Shown here piece after piece: positions 36,027-45,388 of a DNA stretch of 64,000 bases (position 1 is the first letter of the stretch; each line of letters begins with the position of its first letter). The notes beneath the pieces are model-generated. The model was not told the DNA's origin and made no database searches. It saw nothing but the letters and a program-made list of their open reading frames with translations. A program made the translations under genes and the position numbers. The stretch lies in IMG/VR virus record IMGVR_UViG_3300028837_001424, positions 1-64,000 of that record. One strand, given 5' to 3'. Source of the DNA: a virus.

Positions 36027-37004
36027 ATGCCTATAGGGATTGGCGATGCCCCAGGCACTTTGCCTAGCCATGCGAAGGATATATACGTCTCGGCCTTCAA
36101 TAATTCTTACGAAACGACTTGTAAGAAAAGGAAAGATCGAGACGCGTGCGCGGCAAAGATAGCCTGGTCGGCTGTCAAAAACAAATATAAGAAGGGTGGA
36201 GAAGGCAAGAAATGGGTTGCCAAGAGCTTTAATGAACTCGAAGTTGATGTTGGCAATATTCCTTTGCCCGGTTCTTTATACGAGTCACCCTACCATGCTG
36301 CCCAAAATTGGATTGATGCTTATGGCTCATGCATTATCGCGGAAAAATCTATTGGAGAATCCGCCAGTGACGCGTGGGCTGTTTTGAAGACGCATTACGA
36401 GTGTGATAGTCAGGGACTATGGCAGATCAAGGACGGACAAATGATTGAGCGAGCTTCACTAAACCCCGAAGAGGAAATTGTGGAAGCCCCAGAGGATGCG
36501 AAAGCCGAGCTTGTCATCGTTCGTTCTGAAATCGGCGGCGGATCTTGGCGTACAGAAGGCGGTCCCATTATCGTTGATGGTTTGACACCTGAACAGGAAC
36601 AAGCCCTTGTAGATAAATATTGCAATGAAATAGCTGCAAGGCCCGAAGGTTTTCCTGGAATGGCTTGGGCATCATTAGCTCTCAAGCATAAAACGGTTTG
36701 CAAAGCGATTCATCTTAAGCGCAGATCGAGAGCTTATATGTGCGCAGTCGAGCGCGAACAAAAGCGAGGATGGACTACTTATCTTAACCCATTGAATCCG
36801 AGCGAATATATCTTTAGCGGATGGAAAGTTGAGCCGGACAAAGCGCAAACCCTACAACGAACAGTGCTTGTTCGATCCATTACGGATGACGGCACTAAAT
36901 GTGAACATTGGCTGCTTGGTGATCCGCTCAACTTTGCATCGGCTACCATACAACGCGACGTTGGCCCTGATTATGCTCGATTCAGAGGTCCACTTTTGAA
37001 ATGA
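36027..37004 (+). CDS. ChaB-domain protein (two ChaB-like repeats)
   Basis: LPSHAKDIYVSAFN...AKIAWSAVKNKYKK; second copy HAAQNWIDAY...AWAVLKTHY; GGGAGG RBS. Confidence 0.75.
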   Translation: MPIGIGDAPGTLPSHAKDIYVSAFNNSYETTCKKRKDRDACAAKIAWSAVKNKYKKGGEGKKWVAKSFNELEVDVGNIPLPGSLYESPYHAAQNWIDAYGSCIIAEKSIGESASDAWAVLKTHYECDSQGLWQIKDGQMIERASLNPEEEIVEAPEDAKAELVIVRSEIGGGSWRTEGGPIIVDGLTPEQEQALVDKYCNEIAARPEGFPGMAWASLALKHKTVCKAIHLKRRSRAYMCAVEREQKRGWTTYLNPLNPSEYIFSGWKVEPDKAQTLQRTVLVRSITDDGTKCEHWLLGDPLNFASATIQRDVGPDYARFRGPLLK

Positions 37005-37828
37005 CGCCAATTGATGCTGGTGGAAGCGGCAACACTGGCCATACCACGGCGAGAGGCAAGAAAAGGATTAAGCTTACGCCTGGTGAGGCTGGTTACCGCG
37101 AAGGAATGGGTATACCAGAACTGCGATGCGGAGATTGTGTTTTTTATGTGAATGGTTTGTGTGAGAAAGTTGCAATTAAACCAGACGCCGATGATGTTTG
37201 TAATGAATTTGAGCCTGCCTTACAGAGGGGAAACCTAAGTTCAAATTCTCCAGGAGTGGGTTCGGATTTTGCTACACTAAGAGGTTTGTTAGTGCCAGAC
37301 TTATTGAAATCTAAAGCTAAATGGGAAACGATGGGCCGCAAGGGAGGGCCCAAAGCCGCTGGGCCAGATGGCGAGTGTGTTTGTCCAGAATGCGGATATA
37401 AAACCAAACATGTGGCTGGCGAACCGTGTGAAGATAAAGAATGCCCTAAGTGCAAAACCCCTATGGTAAGAAAAGGTCTTATTGTAAAAGGTGGTTCACG
37501 ATCAGGATATCATGATCCGCACTATGGCAGAGTTGGGCAGATTGGAGGATCAAGAACAAGGAAAAGTCAGATAAATAAACTTCGGGAAGTTGCTATTGGT
37601 TGGCGAAGCATTGTATTGGGATCAATGCATCATAAGATTACTCGCACCGTTGGCCAAGGCAGGCACGAGGCGATTATCAGGAAGACTAGTGAAGGATGGG
37701 ATCTGTCAAGACAAACATACGATTATTGGGGAACACCAATGGGGCGGTCAGGCGTTAGTCATCATGATGAATTAATAGCGGCAATGGCTTCTGGCAATGA
37801 TTGGATTGAGAGAAAAGCAAATGACTGA
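37001..37828 (+). CDS. Modular protein: Cys-cluster domain + Zn ribbon + tag + unknown domain
   Basis: CGDC..C..C (HiPIP-like spacing); CVCPECG..C..CPKC; YHDPHYG..GGS. Confidence 0.65.
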   Translation: MTPIDAGGSGNTGHTTARGKKRIKLTPGEAGYREGMGIPELRCGDCVFYVNGLCEKVAIKPDADDVCNEFEPALQRGNLSSNSPGVGSDFATLRGLLVPDLLKSKAKWETMGRKGGPKAAGPDGECVCPECGYKTKHVAGEPCEDKECPKCKTPMVRKGLIVKGGSRSGYHDPHYGRVGQIGGSRTRKSQINKLREVAIGWRSIVLGSMHHKITRTVGQGRHEAIIRKTSEGWDLSRQTYDYWGTPMGRSGVSHHDELIAAMASGNDWIERKAND

Positions 37829-39425
37829 AAAACAATTGCTTCAAGAACAAGCAGTCGGCATGGAATTAATTATCACGAAAGTTGCCAAAGATAAGCAGAC
37901 TGGCGAAAAGCGCTGGTTTGCACGAGCAAGTGGCGTTGAGCGAGACTTATTTGATGAGAGGATGTCGAAAGAATTGTTTGATGACTTCATCCGACGTGCA
38001 GAAGCCAAAGAATCTGTACCAGAACCATTCTCAAGCAAAGCCTGGAACGGCGGATTGCCATATCTAGGAGTTGCCCATTATCTTGATCTGGAAGGTGAAG
38101 GTATAGCAGGACCTACGACTCAAATCTATACAGATGGCGATTATTTCAAGTCAAAGGGCACATTTGAGAATAGCGAATTAGGAGACCTTTGTTATGACGC
38201 CATCAAGAAAGACATAGAAGATGATATTCCGCACGACCAACGAATACGAATTTCGATTGCGTTTATTGACTGGGGACACGATCACGAAGGACATGGTGTA
38301 TTTAGGCGCGAATCTCTTATGGATCGATGTGAACTATGTGGAAAAGGCATAGGAGAGAAGATTTATAAGGCCGGCCACCTTGTTCATCTGGCACTAACAA
38401 GAAGGCCAGCTTACCCCCAAGCTACTATAGAACTGGAGGAACGATCCATGAATAAGAGACGTGATGATGCCGCTTCCATTGTGGGGGATGATAAAGCTGA
38501 CGAGCTTGAAGCAAAATCCCTAGAAATGCTTCTAGTTGGCAAGACTGAAGGAATTGACCCAAATGCAGTAATCATCAAGGCTGACGAGGAAACGGGTGAA
38601 GAGAGCGCCGAGGAAGCCCCCTATGGTGGGGCTGAAACACTTGACGAAGCCGAAGCGTATCTTGTCCAAAAAGCAACCGAGCCAATCTTGATGAATTCCT
38701 GGGGCGTCTTACAAGGCGTTCTAACTAACATAGCGGGTCGGGATCATGGGCCAGCAATAGCTGAGCAGTTAAAGGCGTTTCAAACAACGCTTGATGTGCA
38801 AGCTCTTGAGGCTCTAAAATCCATGACCCACAGGGAGGTAGTTATGCCCGAAGTAGCAAAAGAAGTTATCGTTGAGAGGCAGCCGCCCTTTGTTGGTGAG
38901 GAAGAGTTAGCTGAGGAAGAAGGGTTAACGACTGGAACCGTTGAAGAGGTAGAAGAGGAAGAGGAAGTTGCCTTCCGATCCACCTCTGAAATGGCCGAGC
39001 CACACCCCTTGGATGAATCTTTCTTGGCACTACGTACCGCCTATGATGAGGCGCTGGAGACCCCTGTAGACCGCTCCTCGCGGCTTCAGATGATTCAGCC
39101 CGCTATAAATGCCGTAGGCGACGCCATCCTAGCCAATATTGAGGCAGTACCCGCGGAAGGCGCTGTTTCAAAGGACATTATTAAGCGAGCCATTGAAGAG
39201 GCTGTCGCACCCCTTCGGGCTGAACTTGAGGCGCTAAGAGTAAAGTCCTTATCAGATTCAACACCTCCGCCCCAAGTGCCAGTACCACGGCACATCGTCG
39301 CTCCAGCACGCGTTGTTAACCAGACGCCTGAAAAACTCATTGTTCGTGACATTGAAGAGGCTAAGGTAGACAACCCAACACCAAAACTGCGTGCAATAGT
39401 GCGCAAATCAGTAGGAATACGGTAA
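37821..39425 (+). CDS. Putative prohead protease/scaffold protein
   Basis: Directly upstream of MCP; ASGVERDLFDERMS, H, SI, HLALTRRPAY protease-like motifs; acidic helical C-terminus. Confidence 0.7.
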   Translation: MTEKQLLQEQAVGMELIITKVAKDKQTGEKRWFARASGVERDLFDERMSKELFDDFIRRAEAKESVPEPFSSKAWNGGLPYLGVAHYLDLEGEGIAGPTTQIYTDGDYFKSKGTFENSELGDLCYDAIKKDIEDDIPHDQRIRISIAFIDWGHDHEGHGVFRRESLMDRCELCGKGIGEKIYKAGHLVHLALTRRPAYPQATIELEERSMNKRRDDAASIVGDDKADELEAKSLEMLLVGKTEGIDPNAVIIKADEETGEESAEEAPYGGAETLDEAEAYLVQKATEPILMNSWGVLQGVLTNIAGRDHGPAIAEQLKAFQTTLDVQALEALKSMTHREVVMPEVAKEVIVERQPPFVGEEELAEEEGLTTGTVEEVEEEEEVAFRSTSEMAEPHPLDESFLALRTAYDEALETPVDRSSRLQMIQPAINAVGDAILANIEAVPAEGAVSKDIIKRAIEEAVAPLRAELEALRVKSLSDSTPPPQVPVPRHIVAPARVVNQTPEKLIVRDIEEAKVDNPTPKLRAIVRKSVGIR

Positions 39426-39524
39426 TAACCCTGCTTGCTATGTGTGCTACTGAGTAAGGCGATCTATCAGTAGCGTTAAGCACGGCGAGAGTAAGAAAAA
39501 GAAAAAGTTTCTGGAGGAAACGTC

Positions 39525-40730
39525 ATGACAGAACAAATAGTTCCCGATATCACTGGCGAGCGGGTTATCAATCCTTCGACTGGCGAAGTCTTTGTTTCAA
39601 AAGCCACCGATCCTGTTATCCTGCCTCAGCCATACGCAACACCTGGCACGTTCTCGGCTCAGTACCCTACTCCACTTGACCCAACCGAGATCATTGCATT
39701 GTGCGAGGAAGTCTCACTTTGGCAAGCATTACCTGAGGAGTTTACATCTTTGAAGGCGTATACTTGGCGCGAAATGGATGCCATCCAGATGATCTCTGGT
39801 TCCACCGCCGCATCAACGTATTTGTTCTTCGCTGATGGTGAGTGTCCTGAGGAGTACGAGCACGAAGGGGACAATTTTACAGTGAATTTAAAAAATATAG
39901 GCGCGAAGAAAAGCCTCAGCATTTCGGACATAATGCACTCGGCGGCTGTGGCTGGAGCTAACTGGCATGGAATTAACCGCCTTGTTGGCGGGTTCCCTGC
40001 AAGTGAAGGCGCGCCAGGCGGAACCGATGCTGCAACGTTTAGCCAAGAACGTGTTTCCGATCTAAAAGAGAAGGAAATTCGAATCGGAATGACATCAGTG
40101 CTGAACGGATGGGACAAATATCTTGTGATTGGCAATAGCGCTGCGCCAGGCGGATTGCAGTTTGATGGACTTGACAATTACGACGCAAACATGGGTGGAA
40201 CTTGCACCTTCCATACAAACGCTGCCGGTGCCCACACTGGAATCTTCACCGCCATTGGCTTTGACCGCTGGTTATCCGAAAGTTGTGCAAAACCAACGCA
40301 CCTTTTTGGGCATCCACAAAGTATGCAAGAGTTGATGTCTGCTTACTTCCAGCTTGGTTACCAGGGAAGTCAGGTGGTCAATTTTTCAAGCGGTGATCGG
40401 ATTGTCCCAGGATTTAACTTTGCCGGTTACGTCAATACTGGTGTTGGCCGATTAGCAGTAACTTCGGACAACAACTTCACTAACGCGACCTATAATGATG
40501 ATATTCAAGGGGAGATTTATGCCCTACGAATGAATCAGAACGGCGAACCGTTGGTGTATAAGCTAACCCAGATTCCGCTTGCTCTTAAAGATCTTACCCC
40601 TGGTTGTACTGCAATCAGTTTTGAGATTTGGTGCAAAACCGCGCTTGTTGTAAAAGCGTGCTGCGCCCAGGGTCGTTATACAGCCCTATTCTCAGGCCGA
40701 GTTCAAGCAACTTGTTCAACCATCGGATAA
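39525..40730 (+). CDS. Major capsid protein
   Basis: Position, 401 aa, GNS...QFDGL motif, strong RBS, downstream hairpin. Confidence 0.75.
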   Translation: MTEQIVPDITGERVINPSTGEVFVSKATDPVILPQPYATPGTFSAQYPTPLDPTEIIALCEEVSLWQALPEEFTSLKAYTWREMDAIQMISGSTAASTYLFFADGECPEEYEHEGDNFTVNLKNIGAKKSLSISDIMHSAAVAGANWHGINRLVGGFPASEGAPGGTDAATFSQERVSDLKEKEIRIGMTSVLNGWDKYLVIGNSAAPGGLQFDGLDNYDANMGGTCTFHTNAAGAHTGIFTAIGFDRWLSESCAKPTHLFGHPQSMQELMSAYFQLGYQGSQVVNFSSGDRIVPGFNFAGYVNTGVGRLAVTSDNNFTNATYNDDIQGEIYALRMNQNGEPLVYKLTQIPLALKDLTPGCTAISFEIWCKTALVVKACCAQGRYTALFSGRVQATCSTIG

Positions 40731-40754
40731 TCTGAGTAGTCGGGAAAATCAAAA

Positions 40755-40791
40755 AGGAGCCGGCGCGGGCCTAACGGACCTGTCGGCTCCT
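40755..40791 (+). terminator. Hairpin after MCP (terminator or stabiliser)
   Basis: AGGAGCCGGC/GTCGGCTCCT stem. Confidence 0.5.
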
Positions 40792-40843
40792 CATACGAAA
40801 TTATAGATTTAATCTTTGAATTTAATAATTCAGGGAGGTTCTA

Positions 40844-42286
40844 ATGCCAGGTATGTCAGATACACCAGTTGATGGTCAACAATATTCAGGTTTATTCAAT
40901 GGTGTTCCAGTAGTACTCGAATACGATGGTTCTGCTGGTGGCTATAAACTTGTTGTTGCTCAAGAGTATGCTGTTAACTTTATGATATCCGGCGTTGTTG
41001 CATTGGAGCCTGGCGATATCGAGATAGGTGCGGTTGAGTTAAAAGATTATGTCACTGATGACCGCGCTCATGTTGATACAAGTCACCTACTTCATGTCTG
41101 CCTAGCGTCAGGTACTATTTGGACCATAGCAGTTGTGCAGTCTGATAAACGTGAGGACACCGCGCATATAACTGGCGATTGGGGTAACTTTAACTTGAGT
41201 GTTCGGCAAGATGCACATGGTCCTTCTGGGGGCGATGGCGATTATGTAGCATTTCTAAGTGATGCCAATGGCTATCTTAAAGTCTGGACGACTGGATCTC
41301 ATTCGTTTGTTGATGTTCTAAGTGATCCGGCTCTAGAAAAAGATGTTGATGAAGTAACAGCCTACGTTACTGGTTCGGTCGGTTTAGTAGATGCCGATGG
41401 TGATCTGGCTAAGATTAATGCCGATGGTTGCTTGCAAGTCGCAGTATGCACGGGTTCGGTAGTTGCCGACACTGAGCTTCCGGCTGCGGCTGTTCTAACC
41501 GATGATTTTGCGAATCCAACTGCGCCTGCGGTGGGTTCATTTGGTATGGGTTATTATCCTGCCAGCGGTTCGTGGTCTCGTCTGACGGTAGATGAGAATG
41601 ATCAATTAAAAGTATCTCTCAGTAGCGAAAATGAGGGTGCCAGTGGCTCTTATGCATTGAGAACTTCTCAATGGGGTATGGCACCTAGCGGATATAGACC
41701 CATTCTGATTGATGATGATGGTCATTTACAGGTCGATATTTTAAGTGATCCAGTACTAGCTAAAGATACTGATGAAGTAACAGCTTACGTAACCGGTTCG
41801 GTAAGAATCGTTGATAGCGAAGGCCATGAGGCTGGTGTTTCTGAGGCCGGTTGTCTACAAGTTCAAGTCTGCACAGGTACCGTTATAGCTCATGTGGAGG
41901 GCGACATACAGATCGGTGCCGTTGAAATAAAAGACGGCGACTCTGATCAACGCGCAGAGGTTGATGCTGATGGATGTTTGCACGTATCCGTCTGTACAGG
42001 ATCAGTAGTTGTTGGTGACGGTGGGGATTCACTTACTGTTGATGATGGAGGTTCTTCGCTAACCGTTGACGGTGCGGTGACGATTCCAAAGCTTGATAAA
42101 GATACGGATGAAGTCAGCGCTTACGTAACTGGCTCGGTTCGAATTGTTGATAGTGATGGTCATGAGGTCGATGTTTCTGAGGATGGTTGTTTAAAGGTTC
42201 AGGTTTGCACTGGGACCGTTGTTGCCACTCTAGAAACTGGTGATATTGAAATAGGTGCAGTAGAAATCAAAGACAGCGACACATGA
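40844..42286 (+). CDS. Repeat-rich virion fibre/decoration protein, part 1
   Basis: Repeats IEIGAVEIKD, DGCLQVAVCTGS, DEVTAYVTGS; ends at a frameshift. Confidence 0.7.
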   Translation: MPGMSDTPVDGQQYSGLFNGVPVVLEYDGSAGGYKLVVAQEYAVNFMISGVVALEPGDIEIGAVELKDYVTDDRAHVDTSHLLHVCLASGTIWTIAVVQSDKREDTAHITGDWGNFNLSVRQDAHGPSGGDGDYVAFLSDANGYLKVWTTGSHSFVDVLSDPALEKDVDEVTAYVTGSVGLVDADGDLAKINADGCLQVAVCTGSVVADTELPAAAVLTDDFANPTAPAVGSFGMGYYPASGSWSRLTVDENDQLKVSLSSENEGASGSYALRTSQWGMAPSGYRPILIDDDGHLQVDILSDPVLAKDTDEVTAYVTGSVRIVDSEGHEAGVSEAGCLQVQVCTGTVIAHVEGDIQIGAVEIKDGDSDQRAEVDADGCLHVSVCTGSVVVGDGGDSLTVDDGGSSLTVDGAVTIPKLDKDTDEVSAYVTGSVRIVDSDGHEVDVSEDGCLKVQVCTGTVVATLETGDIEIGAVEIKDSDT

Positions 42287-44910
42287 TGACGGCTGTTTGA
42301 AAGTTGCAGTTTGCACAGGTAGTGTTGTTGCTGACACCGAATTACCGGCTGCGGCTGCATTAGCAGATGCAACAGCAAGTCCAACGGCACCTGCTGTTGG
42401 TTCCTTCCCTCACGGTTGGGATGAAGTTGATTCTACTTGGGATAGGTTACGCAATGAGGGGGCAAGCGGATCTTACGCCTTACGGGCATCATCCTGGGGT
42501 ATGGCCCCTAGTGGCTATCGGCCCATGCTTCTTGATGATGATGGCCACTTACAGGTTGACGTTCTCAGCGATCCCGTACTCGACAAAGATACTGATGAAG
42601 TCACGGCTTATGTGACGGGAACTATTCGAATTGTTGACAGCGAAGGTCATGAAGCTGGCGTCTCTGAGGCTGGCTGTTTGCAAGTTCAAGTTTGCACTGG
42701 TACGGTCATAGCACATCTCGAAGGTGATGTAGAAATAGGTGCTGTTGAAATCAAGGACGGTGACACAGATCAACGCGCCGAGGTTACGGCAGATGGTTGC
42801 TTGCAAGTTGCAGTTTGTACAGGATCGGTAGTTGTAGGAGACGGCGGTGGATCAATTACGGTTGACGGTACGGTAACCGCCGACACCGAATTACCAGTCG
42901 CGGCAGTCCTAAGTGACGACTTCGCGAATCCGACTGCACCAGCAGTGGGCGCATTTGGCATGGGCTACTACCCTGCAAGTGGTTCTTGGTCTCGTTTAAC
43001 AGTAGACGAAAACGATGCACTAAAAGTTTCACTAAGTAGCGACATTGAAATTGGCGCGGTAGAAATCAAAGACGGCGACTCTGATCAACGCGCGAGCGTG
43101 AGCGCTGATGGATGCTTACAAGTCGCAGTTTGTACTGGCTCTGTTGTTGTAGGAGATGGTGGTGACTCATTAACTATCGATGGATCTGTTACTGCCGACA
43201 CCGAATTGCCAGCCGCCGCGGCACTTGCTGATGGAATGGCTAACCCAACTGCACCAGCTGTAGCCTCTAGTTTAATGGGTTACAACGGTTTGACATGGGA
43301 TCGAATCTATATGGGTTTGTCGGGTAGCGTGAAAGTAGACCTATCTACCAGACTCGACAAAACAAATGATGAGGTCACGGCCTATGTAACTGGCTCTGTG
43401 GGCCTAGTTGATGCTGACGGTGATCTTGCCAATATTAATGCTGACGGTTGCTTGCACGTTGCAGTTTGCACAGGTAGTGTTGTTGCTGACACGGAGTTAC
43501 CGGCTGCCGCTGCTCTTGCAGATGCAACAGCCACACCTACTGCGCCTGCCGTTGGCTCATTCCCGCACGGGTGGGATGAGGTAGATTCTACGTGGGATCG
43601 TTTGCGAAATGAGGGAGCGAGTGGCTCCTACGCTCTAAGATCTTCAATATGGGGTATGGCACCATCTGGTTATAGGCCTGTTCTGATCGACGCCGAAGGA
43701 CATCTTCAAATCGATGTTTTGAGTGATCCTGCTCTTGCCAAAACAACCGACGAAGTTACTGCGTATGTTACTGGATCGGTTGGTTTGGTTGACGCTGATG
43801 GTGATCTTGCCAAAATAGACGCTAATGGATGTCTCCAAGTTGCTGTTTGTACGGGTAGCGTGGTTGTGGGTGATGGTGGAGGCACAATCTCTGTCGATGA
43901 TGGCGGAGGTGCATTAACGGTTGATGGTACTGTTACTGCCGACACCGAATTACCAGTCGCGGCAGTCCTAAGTGACGACTTCGCGAATCCGACCGCACCA
44001 GCAGTTGGTGCCTTTGGCATGGGTTACTATCCCGCGAGCGGTTCTTGGTCGCGTCTAACTGTAGACGAGAATGATGCACTAAAAGTCTCCCTCAGTAGTG
44101 ATATCCAAATAGGCGCGGTAGAAATCAAAGACGGCGACTCTGATCAACGCGCGAGCGTGAATGCGGATGGATGCTTACAGGTAGCTGTCTGCACTGGATC
44201 AGTGGTCGTAGGCGATGGTGGAGGCACAATCTCGGTAGATGATGGAGGCGGTGCCATCACGGTTGATGGATCTGTAACTGTTCAGAATCTTGATAAGGAT
44301 TCGGATGAAGTCACGGCCTACGTTACTGGCTCGGTTCGCTTAGTGGACAGTGACGGTGATGAAGCAGCTATAACAGCCGATGGATGTCTACAAGTTTCTG
44401 TATGTACAGGAACCGTAGTTGCTGACACCGAGCTACCTGCCGCGGCCGCGCTAGCAGATGCAACGGCATCGCCTACGGCACCAGCAGTCGGGTCCTTCCC
44501 TCACGGATGGGACGAAGTAGACAGCACATGGGATAGGCTACGAAACGAGGGTGCAAGCGGTTCTTATGCGCTAAGAACTTCAAGTTGGGGAATGGCCCCA
44601 AGCGGCTATCGGCCCGTACTACTTGACAACGATGGGCATCTCCAGGTTGATGTATTAAGTGATCCCGTACTTGCTAAAGATACGGATGAAGTTACGGCTT
44701 ATGTGACTGGAAGCGTGGTTATAGAAGACGGTGGCGGATCGATCACCGTTGACGGTACGGTAGCAATAGGAGATCTTGATAAAGGCAGCGATGAGGTAAC
44801 CGCATACGTCACGGGTAGCGTTCGCTTAGTAGATAGCGATGGTGACATTGCGGGAATCTCGGCAGACGGTTGCTTGCAAGTAGCAATATGCACAGGAACA
44901 GTCGTAGCCG
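41320..44910 (+). repeat. Shuffled intragenic repeat modules
   Basis: Near-identical DNA blocks, e.g. GCCGACACCGAATTACCAGTCGCGGCAGTCCTAAGTGACGACTTCGCGAATCCGAC at ~42879 and ~43938. Confidence 0.9.
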
Positions 44911-45314
44911 ATGTCTCGCTCGATCAATCAACCGATTCGGTCAAGGCACATCTACCCACTGGCTCTATTATAGGGCTATCAGGTCAGACAAAGGTAATCG
45001 AACGCACGCCAATTAATATCACTGGCACAGCAGGTGAGTACATGCTAATCACAGGTACATCCAGTGAGCGCGTGAAGGTGATGGAGTTTATGCTGATAGC
45101 AAGTGCAGATACGGAAGTCATCTTCAAATCTGGTTGGACTGGAACTGCGCTAACCGGACCTATGAGCTTACCGGCTGATGGTGATGGTTTCTTCTGTGGC
45201 GCACCCGCAACACCTGACTTGTTCCACTTCCAGACTAATTTTAACGAGATGCTTGTTATCCAACTTGTAGGTGGCGCACGAATAGGTGGCTGGATTAACT
45301 GGTACGACGAATAA
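42297..45314 (+). CDS. Repeat-rich virion fibre/decoration protein, part 2 (same gene, +1 frame)
   Basis: Same repeat modules continue; no RBS before the TTG. Confidence 0.7.
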   Translation: MKVAVCTGSVVADTELPAAAALADATASPTAPAVGSFPHGWDEVDSTWDRLRNEGASGSYALRASSWGMAPSGYRPMLLDDDGHLQVDVLSDPVLDKDTDEVTAYVTGTIRIVDSEGHEAGVSEAGCLQVQVCTGTVIAHLEGDVEIGAVEIKDGDTDQRAEVTADGCLQVAVCTGSVVVGDGGGSITVDGTVTADTELPVAAVLSDDFANPTAPAVGAFGMGYYPASGSWSRLTVDENDALKVSLSSDIEIGAVEIKDGDSDQRASVSADGCLQVAVCTGSVVVGDGGDSLTIDGSVTADTELPAAAALADGMANPTAPAVASSLMGYNGLTWDRIYMGLSGSVKVDLSTRLDKTNDEVTAYVTGSVGLVDADGDLANINADGCLHVAVCTGSVVADTELPAAAALADATATPTAPAVGSFPHGWDEVDSTWDRLRNEGASGSYALRSSIWGMAPSGYRPVLIDAEGHLQIDVLSDPALAKTTDEVTAYVTGSVGLVDADGDLAKIDANGCLQVAVCTGSVVVGDGGGTISVDDGGGALTVDGTVTADTELPVAAVLSDDFANPTAPAVGAFGMGYYPASGSWSRLTVDENDALKVSLSSDIQIGAVEIKDGDSDQRASVNADGCLQVAVCTGSVVVGDGGGTISVDDGGGAITVDGSVTVQNLDKDSDEVTAYVTGSVRLVDSDGDEAAITADGCLQVSVCTGTVVADTELPAAAALADATASPTAPAVGSFPHGWDEVDSTWDRLRNEGASGSYALRTSSWGMAPSGYRPVLLDNDGHLQVDVLSDPVLAKDTDEVTAYVTGSVVIEDGGGSITVDGTVAIGDLDKGSDEVTAYVTGSVRLVDSDGDIAGISADGCLQVAICTGTVVADVSLDQSTDSVKAHLPTGSIIGLSGQTKVIERTPINITGTAGEYMLITGTSSERVKVMEFMLIASADTEVIFKSGWTGTALTGPMSLPADGDGFFCGAPATPDLFHFQTNFNEMLVIQLVGGARIGGWINWYDE

Positions 45315-45332
45315 GAGCGAGGTTCATGAACT

Positions 45333-45370
45333 AGAGGTAGCGCCGCGCCGTTGGGTCGGCGCTACCTTTT
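45333..45370 (+). terminator. Intrinsic terminator
   Basis: AGGTAGCGCCG/CGGCGCTACCT stem followed by TTT. Confidence 0.75.
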
Positions 45371-45388
45371 GATTAATGGGAGATTGAA

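Larger units (their letters stand above)
29921..37555 (+). repeat. Dispersed peptide tag, six full copies (29921, 30632, 31220, 32944, 34913, 37490)
   Basis: DYPAPHCGNPGEIGGSKPREEC; DYPDPHCGLEGTHGGSRSREEC; GPGYHDPHVGLPGVHGGSRPR; DYPDPHCGLAGEHGGSRPRDEC; GPGYHDPHCGPPPGVHGGSRPRDEC; SGYHDPHYGRVGQIGGSR. Confidence 0.9.

Noticed and set aside
42281-42300. TGA-TGA as stop-codon readthrough, selenocysteine or genetic-code reassignment
   Set aside because: The repeat continues in the +1 frame, not in frame, and all three stop codons end genes normally elsewhere.
41320-44910. CRISPR array or DGR template/variable repeats
   Set aside because: The repeats are in-frame coding modules differing mainly at synonymous sites; there are no unique spacers, cas genes or reverse transcriptase.
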